Shown here: positions 26,382-38,342 of the stretch, piece by piece
Position numbering within the stretch: position 1 is the stretch's first letter
Layout: each line of letters starts with the position of its first letter
Source of the DNA: Callorhinchus milii
Taxonomy: Eukaryota
NCBI RefSeq assembly: GCF_018977255.1
Contig: NW_024704743.1
Span: forward strand, 72,852,001 to 72,916,000
Direction: 5' to 3'
Length of the DNA stretch: 64,000 bases
Position numbers and translations under genes: made by a program
Notes under the pieces: model-generated
What the model was told of the DNA's origin: nothing
Seen by the model: only the letters and a program-made list of their open reading frames with translations
Databases searched by the model: none

Positions 26382-29180
26382 AAGCAAATTGGGGAAAATT
26401 GGCCAACATCTGAGTCTTCAGATTGCCATCAATGTCACTTGTTGTGCACTGCTCAAGTGTAGTTTGTACCAAAATTGTTGCTTATGTCATTTACTGCGTA
26501 CAGCATGTGTAGGAAGTGATGCCACTGGCAACCTTACCACTCTGAAGTTGGCCTTTTTTTAAGACCAAGAAGCCAAAGTCAATCATTTTTTTTTGGGTGG
26601 GAAGCAAACTGCTCAATGCTGGAAATGAACAGTAATCCAGTAAACAGAGGTTATCAAGCCAATTAATAACAGGGTTAAATATTCTAAATATTATGAATCC
26701 AGAATTAATATTTATTATTTACTTAAATATTATAGCAATAATAACTGGTCATAAAATCTCAACTCTCTATATTATGCTATATTTTATAAAGTAAATGTTT
26801 TGAGCATGTGTATATTTCTCAGTTTTCACACAACTGTTATAACTAAATTATAACATCATGCGATTCAAAACAGGCATTTTTAAAAAATTCCAGAAGAAAA
26901 TGCTTAAGGTTCCTAAAGAGCATTTCATTCAAGTGAACTCACATGAACTATTTTGGAAAGTGCAAAAATTCAAACTAGCAAATCAGAAATTATAATATAT
27001 TCCAGACTAGAGCAAATGTCTTACTCTTTTCAAATAAATGTATTCAAACATGCAGCAGGTAACCTGACACGTTTGGCATTTCATGACATCTAATGAAATC
27101 CATTTAGTGCCTCATACATTTCTTTTGGATTCATTTCCTATGGACTAACATCTAAAAGAGTACATTAGAAAAGGAAAATATTGTGAGTAATTGACAGCTT
27201 ATACAGCAGAAATGTATATCTCTGGCATGTAAGGCGGCAGCTGTTGTGCATAAAAAAGGCCCAATTTTGGAGTCTCAGAAATTATGGTGGACCTGGAAAC
27301 TATTTGTAAGTATCACAAGAAAGATATTTTTGACGTTTTTCAAAATAAGGGAAAAAAAAGACTGCTTTGCAACCATATAAAATAAAGAGTTTCAATTCAA
27401 CCTTCTCACATCAAGGTGGCCGGCACGACACAGTCTGTCATGTAAAGGTCCTTCCACCACACTGAAGGTAGATGTCTGCCAGATAGCTGATGAGGAAACG
27501 CTGAGGCTTAGGGTGAGAGCTGCTGGAAGGCGTTAGCTGGTGTCCGAGTTCATGAGCACACGTTTGTACATCCAGCACCTGGAATCCACCCTTGACTGGT
27601 CTGCAGAGAGGCAAGCAGCTGCGGCTTAACCTCCGCATCCCCAATGGTGGAACCATCGCTCAATGGGAAGGGTTGTCTGCCTGAGCTGTGGACATGAAGA
27701 TGGTGGCAATGCTCTCACACATTGCTAAACTGTGTTGCCCACCAGGAAGCTCGCAGGGAGTTCCTGGTACCTACCATCCGCCTAGTGAGAGCTCTGCTTG
27801 TGAGATGCCAAATGACCAACTAGTGATTATCCTCCTGGGGAGAAGAGGGGAGCAGTGGGAAGGGGGAGGGGGGAGGAGATAAGCACGGTTTCCTTGGAGC
27901 TGAAGGTGTCATGGTGTTGAGATTTCAACACCAGTCACTTTCGTTTAACTAAATTGGCTACAATGATCCAAGGCTAAACAAGATTGTGAAGAGATCTAGC
28001 GTGTGTTGTAATATGATAAGAATGTGTGGCTTGACCAATACTTGCTTCGAAGCAGGATTTGCTTTTGAAACGGAAGCACTTTTCAGTCGCATCATAGCTT
28101 GCGAAGATCAACTTCAAGGGAAGTAAATTTGGCAACAATAACGAATTAGATAATCGGAACGGACATTTTTGCTGATCTTGAAGCAGGTTTCACATTTCTG
28201 GAAATGACACAGTATTACTGGGCAACAAATAAATCTTGTGGGTGAAAGGAATGGTTTCATGATATTCCATTTCAATGCAGATGGTAAAACCAGGTGTTGT
28301 TATTCACCAGAGCCAGAGACACTTCAGTTGAAGGAGATCCACTGGAGATTGGGCTAAGCCAATATAAACCGAAGCACAGGAAATGGCAAATGTCTGCCAG
28401 AGTTGGAGTTGTCTTTCAAAGCTCACAAAGTGTATGTGCAACAAGAAAACAAAGCATAAAGACATTTACATAGCTTTATATAAAGATTATAACTATTTTA
28501 AAATATAAAACCACAGATTTAACAGACCGTTGCTACTTGCACGGACTGCTGCAGACCATGGGAGACACAGAAATTTAATCAGGATTTGGAAACTTGTATA
28601 CAACACAGCCTTGGAAGAGATTTTTTTCAATGAAAGTGGCCCCATTCAGGGCACCATTCTTGAAAGAAGTTTCCTTAGTAAACAATGGAGTATTCAATAG
28701 TATATACAGGTTAAATGAACAAGGAAGTGAAGCTATTGTAGCAACTGCACATTGTAAAGATCTCTGTGGATCGGGTGGAGTACTTGACTGGAATAATTGA
28801 TAGGCGACATGGAGGGAAGTCAAGGAAGAACCCGGCACTATTGAATAATGAATGGAAAGTGAAAAATCATTCAACAAGTTAAGAAAGATAATGTCTACAT
28901 TTTCTATAACTGCTTCATATGGTGCTAGGGTTAAAAAAAGTCTCAATATGAATTTTAAATATAGAGTCCTTAGTCAACAAAAAAAGGATCTGATGTATAG
29001 TTAGATCTAACGAATGTAAATGGACCAAACATCATTCTTAACCCGCAATGTGTACTATAATTTATTCCTAAATGATTATAAAAACAAAGTATATAATCTT
29101 CCAGAAGTTTTATTAAACTTTCACACAACTTCTCCAACTAAATTATTAAACATTTTCAGAACACAATGAACCACGCTGTT

Positions 29181-29591
29181 GTAATAATATTAATCCATGA
29201 GTTTGATATATCACCCTTTGTACATAATGTAAAGTGTAGCGGCTGTGTATTTTGGAGGCAAAAAACAGGCAACAGCTAATTTACACTAGCAGTCGTGAGA
29301 GTGAACGATCAATTTTACTTGGGGGATTTTTGGCCAGGATATCAGGAGAATCCCCTACTTCTTTTCGAACAGTGACATGGGATCTTTAACGGCCATATGA
29401 AAAAGGCAAACAGGATCTTGGTTTAACATCTCATAAGAAGCACAGAACCTCTGACAATGCAGCATAGCCCTCAGCACTTCATTGGAGTCTTCACTTCAAG
29501 ACTATGTTAGTTCAAAGTCCTGACATGTTGCTTGAACCCACAACTTTCGGACTTAAAAGTGAGAGAGCTACCAACTAAGAAAGACTGACAC
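29181..29591 (-). mobile_element. Family B SINE
   Basis: Deu core and head ending gactgacac. Confidence 0.75.
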
Positions 29592-30027
29592 ATATAGGTT
29601 GTAATGCAACCTCTGCACAGTTCCCAAGGGTCCCTTCAGTGTAGTCTGAAAGCTTATTCTTTATTTTAAAAGAATTTCGATATTTGTAATAGCCGTGAAC
29701 AGAAATAATTCCATTCCATTTCTGTATAAACAGAACACATTAAGGAACTGTTGGCTTGTGCCAAGACAAACACTTCATATTGTGGCTACAGCTTCCATCA
29801 CTTGGTGACTTATTGTGTGCAAACTTCCTGCAGGTACACCTATGCATATCAGAGATTTCTATACAAAACTGCTAAAGGAAGACCGCTACAGTATGCTAAC
29901 ATTATTGTCTCATTATTGGATCCTATATTTTCAGTATTTCAGACTAATACTTTGAATGGTATAATTTCTAGATGAATAAATCTGCTGTTGGAAATTGTCA
30001 TCTTAACTGCAAAGATTCCTAATATTG

Positions 30028-30135
30028 GATGAGGGAAAAAGGAGAGCTGAGGATTGAACCAGACGCCAAGGTTGATTCGGCAATTTGAGAAAGAAGCTGG
30101 GAAGGTTGAGGTCCGTGATGGTAGTGAGGAGATGT
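30028..30135 (-). mobile_element. Old L2 fragment
   Basis: Reverse complement encodes NLGVWFNPQLSF, matching the L2 motif NLGVLFDPQLSF. Confidence 0.65.
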
Positions 30136-30504
30136 TGACGAGAGGAGGTCTTAAAGCGATTCACAGGATTTACTATAAAATGTCGTGACTGTGTATTTTG
30201 TAGGTGAACATGGCAACCAGTTTGTGCAAAGCAATGTCCCAAGGCACTTAAAATAGTGATTTGGGAGAAAATGCAAGAGAGGTATTGGAGGTACAAGAGA
30301 GGCATCCCTAAGAAGGCATTGCAGTCATGACAACATTTCCCAATTCATTTCCTGACTGTATGAATAACAATAGCTATTAAATTACTGAGGAAAACCAAAT
30401 TGTTCCTCTTACGATCATTGATCTACTTTCTTTGAAATGTTTTCAATCATTAAACAGGCTACATACTTTAGACAAAGGTGACTTTTTCATCTCACAAATA
30501 TTTT

Positions 30505-30925
30505 GTGCCCGCTTGGCTGAGTGGTAGCACTCTCACCTCTTAATCAGAAGGTTGTGGGTTCAAATCCCACGTCGAGACTTGTACTCACAACATCTAAGCT
30601 GACACTCCAACGCAGGCTGGGGGTGTGTTGCAGGGTTGGAGGTGCCGTCCTTCGGATGAGATGTTAAACTGTCTGCCTGTTCAGGTGGACATTTAAGATC
30701 CCATGGCACTATTCGGTGTCCTGGTCAACAATCTCTCCCAAAAAAAACAAGATTAGTCATCCATTTCAAGGCTGTTATTGGGATATTGCTGTTCACAATT
30801 GTTCTGCCATGTTTGTCTACAAATATATAGTCACTCCATTTCAGAATAATTCCTGTGAAATGCTTTGAGACGTCCTTCCGATGTGATAAGGCACTATATC
30901 AAATGCAAGCATTATTATTATTATT
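30505..30925 (+). mobile_element. Full-length family B Deu SINE
   Basis: A box tggctgagtgg, B box ggttcaaatcc, Deu core ggaggtgccgtccttcggatgagatgttaaac, (TTA)n tail. Confidence 0.88.
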
Positions 30926-31499
30926 TTACATTTGCAACTATTGTTTATTCTGTTACTATCCCTCAGGCAAACTACTTGTACTCCTTCAGTTTTTTGTTTC
31001 TAAAATATTAGTAATCTTTCAAGACTGACCTTTAGACATAAACAAGAATAGCAGCAACGTTTTTTTGGCCAGACACATCATTTAGATAAGCTTAATATAA
31101 TCAAACAACTTGCATTTGATAGAGTGACTATAAGTTCAAGAACATCTGAATAAAAACACTTCACGTTTCTTTCAACTGTAATGACTCTGTACTTGTAAGC
31201 AAAGCTTAGGGAGAAAACCATTCTTTAAATACAAACATTAGTCTCACATCTGTGCCTTTATACATGCTAGTTACAATAAGTTATATTCAAGTCAATGCAC
31301 CTTCATTGCAACAGTTTAAATATTGGTTTTATTACGAGAAAGACAACTGGCAAAATGCAATAACATGAAATGCAATTTGAGTCCAAATCTCCATTTCAAA
31401 TCTCCAACTTTTTAATATATGTCCACTTTCTACTTGTCACCGAAGTACTATAGTCTTTCAATGAATTTTAAAAATGTGATTATTTCAATAAAGTGAAAT

Positions 31500-31740
31500 T
31501 CTTCTGGCCCCTGACATCGGTGAGATGGAGCATGTAAATGAGGAAAAGAAGGGAGCCAAGGATGGAACATTGGGCTACGTCTCAGTTGATCTGGTGGGGA
31601 CAGAGGTAAAAGACGTTAATGGAGATGAAGTGATAGCGGTTGGTTAAGTAGGACTCGAACCAGGAAAGTGCTGTCCCACTGAGGGGGATGAGGGAGGAGA
31701 AGTGGTGGAGGAGGAAAGCATGATTGACTGTGTCGAAGTT
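31500..31740 (-). mobile_element. Old L2 RT fragment
   Basis: Reverse complement encodes FDTVNH..., SWFESYL and ..QCSILGSLLFLIYML, L2 RT motifs. Confidence 0.7.
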
Positions 31741-33169
31741 ACAAAAGAATAAGACACATTAAAAAATATATAGAATTAAGAAGTGACCCATTAAATCCCA
31801 TTATTTCAATTAAATTTTTCACATATAAAAATATTGCATCAATATTTGAATAAAATGAAGAGCAATTTTGAGTTTGAGTCAATCTGGCTCAGATGTGTGC
31901 TTTTACCCCATGTCACATTTAGGACAGGCAAGACTGACATTCCAGTGCAGTTCTAAAGGAGGATGGTTAGAGATGCCATCTTTCAGACGAGACAGAATCT
32001 GCCTGATTTCTGATCAATGTCAACATTCCATCACTCTTCAAAAATGTAAGGGAGTTTCTCCCAGTTTCCTGGCCAAGACTTTCTTCAGGGCACAAGGATC
32101 ACACAAACAATAAAATATTTTTTGCAAACAAATCCTAGTGCAGAGTAACTGCTAAATTTATCTACAAAAGCAGACTTTAAATTACTTGTGAAGGTAAAAT
32201 AAGACACGTTCTTTCTTTAAGATTAGGATCAAAGTTACCTGTAAAGACCCAAATTATCAGATCCTCTGGGAACATCATGGTTCCAGTACAGTCTTGTAGT
32301 ATGTAAACTCGTCTAGATATAATAGTACAACCAGATAAAGAGTTTTCATTCAACTTCATTCTAGGTCAGAGGGTAATTTTACAGAAGTTTATCTTCTTGG
32401 AGCCATTTGTGTTATTGGTAGTTAGCCACTTCTCTCAGGAGATTATATCAGTGGAGCAGAACAAGCAAAGTGAAAATTGTACATGCTCCATTGGAAAGGG
32501 TGAGGAACCTTTCAAGAACAAAAAAGATCTTCCCAGTGAAGAAAAAATATAAAAACCTGAATGAGGAAAAAATGCAGAGGAAAAATATTTTGCTTCGATC
32601 TGTATGATGTATATTGGAATTTGCAACTTGAATTATTATGATGCAGATAATTTTTTAAAAAAACTTTCAAGACTTGTGTGGTCTTATGCCCTGAAGCAAA
32701 ATTACATCATCATGCTGCACTTTAAGTCTCAGGCTAAAAAGGAAACCCAAGTCACATTAAGTCAATGGAGCTTTTTAAAATAACCTTCTCTGAAATTAGA
32801 CTGCTACTTTTCTTGTAGTTGTCCACAAATACACACTCACCACACTTTGGAGGGTTCTGATGTAAAGAACACTATATCAAATGCAAGGATAATTCTTTGT
32901 ATTAAATTGAGTCAGGATATGCTTATATGGCTAAGTGGTAACAATTTGGTAACATTATATGTCTTCCAGTAATACACAGGCACTAGGCTTTATAGTAAAT
33001 TCTGTGAAGCAATTTGAGGCATTGCGACAATGCAAGTAAGCCAATAAGTTAAATGCAAGGATTATTATTATGGTTATGTCACACATCTTCATGAGCTCAT
33101 AGGTGAATAGGTGAATATTTGCAGTACTGTACTAGATATTCACTTGGAAGGCATTCCATCACTCTCTCT

Positions 33170-33675
33170 TGTGAGATGATCTAATAGATGTTTAAAATTA
33201 TGAAATGCTTTCATAAGATGGATGTTAGTAGGCTATATAGGTTATGAGCCCTGCAGCTCAGTGGTTAGAGCACTTGCCTTGCAAGCGAGACACCTGGGTT
33301 CAATTCCAGGCAGGGCGAAACCTTGGGCAAGTTTCGTTACTCCACATGCCTAATAATAATCCCTCCAAAAACAAAAACAAATAATAAATTGGTCATTTCA
33401 ATCCACAATTGTTTGTGGAACATTGCTGTGCGGAATTGGCTTCCGCGTTTCGCCCACAAATATAGTCAATTCACTTTACAGTCTATTCTGTGAAGCGCTT
33501 TGAGACGGCGAGTCCAAAACAAGGTGGCATAATATAAGATAACTAGCAGCAGATCTAAAAGCAAGCTTAGGAGGAACTTCTTTATATAGAGGATGGTAAG
33601 AATGCAGAACTCACTGCCGATGCTGTGGTTGAAGCAAAAAGCATCAATGCATTGTAGAGGAAACTTGATGCATAC
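33170..33675 (+). mobile_element. CR1 3' fragment split by a family A SINE (33246-33507)
   Basis: gatctaatagatgtttaaaattatg lies before and gagtccaaaacaagg...aggaacttctttatatagaggatggtaagaatg after an inserted SINE with head gcagctcagtggttagagcac. Confidence 0.75.
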
Positions 33676-34484
33676 ATAATAATAATAATAATCCTTGCAT
33701 TTGATATAGCACTTTTCACGTCTTCTAGACATCTCAAAGTGCTTCACAGAATATTTATTATTGTTTTTTATTATTACATGAGAGAGAAGAGTATAGAAGA
33801 GGGGATTAGATGGGTAGAGGTTCCCCCTGCAGCAACATTCTTTGTGTCTTGATGTTCTGGCCAACAAATCTACATAAAATTGGTCACTCACGTCACGGCT
33901 GTTTGGGAGATATTGCTAAGTGTAAATTGGCTGCCATGTTCACCATGCAATGACAAATGTAGTCACTACACTTTACAGTAAAATCTCATAATGCACTCTG
34001 AGAAATCTCGATGACTAGATAAGGTTAGGGATTGCATAATTCAGCATTTTCACATAGGAAATGCTAAAGAAGCATGCTTTTTGTGCAATGTTTGATTACC
34101 AACTGTGAACTAGGTCAAGGTACAATGATTTACCCCACCCCCATATTATTTTTGAAAAACAAGAGCTTAAGATTCATGATATATTACACAGAAATACCAT
34201 AATTTGTTGATGGCTTTATGCATATCAATGATCCATCTGATGAGGGATGTTTGCTGCTGAAGTATCAGATCGTATCTCCTTAAGATCATCTGCATGTCTA
34301 AGAATGTCTGGCTGCTCAAACAAAGTTGAAACTCTACCAAAAACAAAAGGCAGTTCAGTGTGATATGACTGGTGAGCTCTCTCCGTGCTTTCATTCACTA
34401 CAGTATTTGTTGGCATATCCCAGAATGATTAATATTGTGTGTTGTTCAGCTAAAAGGAGTGGGTTCTGATTCATGCCATTTTAC

Positions 34485-34910
34485 AACAACAACCAACAGC
34501 AACTTGCATTTATATAGCCCCCATCACGCGGTGTAGCATCCCAAAACACTCGACAGTGGTGGAGTCTGACAATGAGCCAGGGGGAGAGGGAGGTGACAGT
34601 AAGCATGATCAAAAAGGAAGGGCTTTAGAGGGTTTTGAAGGTGGGGAGGGAGGGTACAAAGTGGAGGGATTGAGGGAGACAGTTTTGATGCGTAGTTGCT
34701 GAAGGCACGGTCACCAATGGTGGAGGGGACGAGGGGCAAATAGGAGACCGAAGCCAGTCAAGCTGAGGCATCTGGTGGTGGAGTAGGGGGTAAGCTGGTT
34801 GGAACGGTAGGGAGGTGCCAGGAAATGAAGGATTTGAAAATGAATGAGAAGATCTTGAAATCGATCTGTTCGGTAATTGGGAGCCAAGTACGCAGAACAG
34901 CTGGATATGA
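34485..34910 (-). mobile_element. L2 3' fragment (second L2 family)
   Basis: ORFs give WLPITEQIDFKI and STIGDRAFS; (CAA)n-cttgcatttatatagc tail. Confidence 0.8.
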
Positions 34911-35167
34911 GTGGAGTGTTACATCATTAAGAATGAGTGTTACAGCACTGCGCTGTACATTATAGAGGTGTTTCAAGCGCTCTGGGACGCTACCCCACGT
35001 GAAGGGCGCTATATGAATGCAAGCTGTTGTAATCACAGAACCTCTGCAGTAGCCAACAACCTGCAATTTCTTAATCCATCAATTTAATTTGTCTCTAGAC
35101 AATTTTCTAACTCTCCACTTCTCTGGCCTATTTTCAGAATATGTTTTCTCCCCCATTCAAACTCAAA

Positions 35168-35474
35168 TGTGGAGTCCTGTAGCTCAGTGGTTAGAGCACT
35201 CGCTTTGCAAGCGAGAGACCTGAGTTCAATTCCAGGCAGAGGGCGAAACCTTGGGCAAGTTTCCTTACTCCACATGCCTAATAATAATCTCTCCAAAAAC
35301 CCAAAACAATAATAAATTAGTCATTTTCAATCTAAGACTGTTTGTGGAACATTGCTGTGCGCAATTGGCTGCCGCGTTCGCCCACAAATATACAGTCAAT
35401 TCACTTTACGGTGTGTTCTGTGAAGCGCTTTGGGATGTCCTCCCGACGTGAAAAGCGCTATATCAAATGCAAGG
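35168..35474 (+). mobile_element. Young family A SINE (tRNA-Ala-like head, short variant)
   Basis: gtagctcagtggttagagcactcgctTTGCAagcgagagacctgagttcaattcc has an A box, a TGC anticodon-like loop and a B box; Deu segment; tail hairpin; followed by a poly-A run. Confidence 0.92.
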
Positions 35475-35507
35475 AAAAAAAAAAAAAATAACAGTATTTT
35501 ACATCAG

Positions 35508-35829
35508 AATAATAATAATAATAATCCTTGCATTTGATATAGCGCTTTTCACGTCGGGAGGACGTCCCAAAGCGCTTCACAGAATAGACTGTAAAGTGAA
35601 TTGACTGTATATTTGTGGGCCAACGCGGCAGCCAATTGCGCACAGCAATGTCCCACAAACAGTCGTAGATTGAAAATGACCAATTTGTTATTGTTTTGGG
35701 TTTTGGAGGGATTATTATTAGGCGTGTGGAGTAAGGAAACTTGCCCAAGGTTTCGCCCTGCCTGGAATTGAACTCAGGTCTCTCGTTTGCAAAGCGAGTG
35801 CTCTAACCACTGAGCTACAGGACTCCACA
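35508..35829 (-). mobile_element. Young family A SINE
   Basis: Near-identical reverse complement of 35168-35474 with (TAA)n; candidate TSD cagaat. Confidence 0.92.
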
Positions 35830-36194
35830 GAATGATTGCAAGTCTTATTTCGCAGAATCTGTACAAGGAAGTGGCTTAATTAATCTGACGGGAAAAAACA
35901 TACTGCCTAAGGGTCACATTACTCAACAGTCAACAGCACAGATAATGAGCAGATTTCAGCCAGATAAACAAACTGGCATTAACTGAGCTCTGAATAAATT
36001 ATAATGACTCCCAGAGTTAAGAGCCACGTTTTACTTTTGTTAGTGAAACTAATGCTTCATTTACTAAACAACAGTGCATTTGAAAAAGGCAGCAACTCCC
36101 ACTTCCTTGTCCTGTGTCCACCTATCTGTTCTTCGACATACTGTAACTTGAATCAGTTACCTTCTCTCATTAAACCATAAGAATAAAACTGATC

Positions 36195-36895
36195 ACAAGA
36201 TCGGTTTGGATGAAGAAGGCCCTTCGGATCATCTGATCTTAGCCCTCCCCAGTACCCACCCTATGGCCCTCCCATCACAGCACCATGCTGCTTTTTAAAT
36301 AAATCTACTATCCTGGCCTCCACCACCCTTATTGGCAAACTGTTCCAGTTATTAATTACTCTCAGAATAAAGAAAACATTTCTGGTATCTGTCCTCAAAT
36401 TGCCTTTGCAAATCTAAGCCTACATGTATGTCAGCCTGGCGCAGTGGTAGCACTCTGGCCTCTGAGGCAGAGGTTATGGGTTCAAGCCCCACGTTGGGGC
36501 TTGGAATCACATCGACTAAGCTGATGCTCAAATGCAGTGCCAGGAGTGTGTTGCATTGTCGGAGGTGTCGTGTTTCGGATGAGACATTAAACAATGTTAA
36601 ACATTGCTGTTTGTGGAACTTTTCTGTGTGCAACTGGCTGCTTGTTTTGCCCACAAAAATACAGTCAATTCACTTCACAGTATATGCCGTAAAGTGCTTT
36701 TGAGATGTCTCAACAATGCAAGGATTATTATTATTATTACAACTTCTTGTTCTATTATCTTGGTACATCCTAAAATATTGTTCTGAGTTTATATTTTCAA
36801 TCCCATTGAAAATTTTATACACCTCTATGAGATTCTTTCTGAGTCATCTTCTCTCAATACTGAAGAGCCCTAACTTGTCTAATCCTTTATCATAG
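36195..36895 (-). mobile_element. CR1 3' fragment interrupted by a family B SINE (36428-36739, + strand)
   Basis: CR1 sequence collinear with 5062-5375 resumes at ttcttgttct after the SINE (TTA)n tail. Confidence 0.8.
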
Positions 36896-36990
36896 CCTGG
36901 GCCAATAGAAAAGTGTGGATATATTTGCAAATAACTGTGGAGCGCTTTGCAGATCTTGCCGAGGTTGATTGATGCTATTAAGGTATAATT

Positions 36991-37160
36991 GTGGAATCCT
37001 GTAGCTCAATGGTTAGAGCACTCACCTCGCAAGCGAAAGACCTGGGTTTGATTCCCAGCAGGGCGAAATGTTGAGCAAGTTTCCTTATTTCACAACACCC
37101 CTCTGTTTACCTAGCAGTAAGTAGGAACCTGGTTGTTAGTTGATTGGCGGATCGCTTTTT
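36991..37160 (+). mobile_element. Family A SINE (long variant), 5' part only, with 8-bp TSD
   Basis: Head plus ctctgtttacctagcagtaagtaggaacctgg, ending at gcttttt; gtataatt at 36983-36990 and 37163-37170. Confidence 0.85.
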
Positions 37161-37946
37161 ATGTATAATTCCAGCTTTAGTTTGCTGCCTGCTGTAACCA
37201 AGGTGGTCTACATGTCATGTTTCACCTTTGGTACAGATCAACACAGATATGGTCTTCTGTGGATCAGTCATGATGATCCATTGTAACAGGTACGCAATGC
37301 CCCAAGCACACATTAAAGGAATTGCCTAGGGTTTAACTTGAGGTACTTAATGTCTTGAAAGTGGAAAACTGCATTCCCATGTGTTTTGCAACATCTTTAA
37401 TGAATGCCGGCATTTACCAGAACAGCAACACTGTTCACTCAATGAACATTGCATCTCCTGTTAACGATTCTAGTTTTATTTTGCTGGGACTGTTGGTTCC
37501 ACTGCGATCCAATCCATGGTCCTCACATACTTGAAATTCTCACTTAGTTTCTTGGTCATTGTATTGTTGTGCACCATTGCACCTTAATCCTTTATCTGAT
37601 CATTTGCTCCAGGGCTCCAATTTGTTTTCCCCTTGATCAGGTTATTCATGTTTTGAGTCTTTTCCACCAGAATGCTCTGTCCCGGAATGTGTAATGCTCT
37701 GCCCCGGAAAGATAGAGGTGAAATCAATAGGGATGTTTTCAAGAGAGATATACAGACACCTAGATAGAAGAGGTATTTGGAGGTATAGTAAAACGTAGGA
37801 CTTTGGGATTAAGAGATCTGCGAGGATCGAATAAACTCATGAGTTTAGTGGCCTCCGTTTGTTCCTCTTTTCCTATATTCCTAGAATAAAAGTTTAATTT
37901 GGGGGTAATATTTTAGCAGCTAGGAGTGTAAAACTGCATCATTATA

Positions 37947-38342
37947 CTAATAATATCTGCATTTGATATGGTGCCTTATCACATTTTTGAGCCACCTCAA
38001 AGTGGAATGACTGTATTTTTTGGGTGAAATGTGGCTGCCAGTTTGAAGTAGCAATGTCCCACAAACTGCCTATGGAGTGAGTGACTAATTTGATTTTGGG
38101 TATTGTTGGCCAGAACACTGGGAGAATAGTGGCATGGGATCTTTGACATCCACCTGCACAGGGAGATGGGACCTCAGTTTAATTTCTCACCTGAAGGACG
38201 GCACCTCTGACAATGCAACAGCCCCCCAGCACGACACTGGAGTGTCAGCTCGACCATGTGATTCCAAGTCCCGATGTGGGGCTTGAAGCCAGAACCTTCT
38301 GACTCAGAGGCCAGAGTGCTACCTCTCTGTCAGGTTGACACA
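37947..38342 (-). mobile_element. Full-length family B SINE
   Basis: Deu core ctgaaggacggcacctctgacaatgca and head ending ttgacac. Confidence 0.85.

Noticed and set aside
28575..28946. 123-aa minus-strand ORF
   Set aside because: No recognisable motif, non-ATG start and no clear exon boundaries; a BLASTX search would be needed to revive it
35168..35245. tRNA-Ala gene (also at the other family A heads)
   Set aside because: Each head continues into a SINE body and tail and lacks a convincing acceptor stem and terminator; these are SINE promoters
35251..35748. Recurrent MGKFPYST... ORFs as a small-protein family (also 41596 and 54639)
   Set aside because: They are translations of SINE copies from TTG starts, with variable frames and ends
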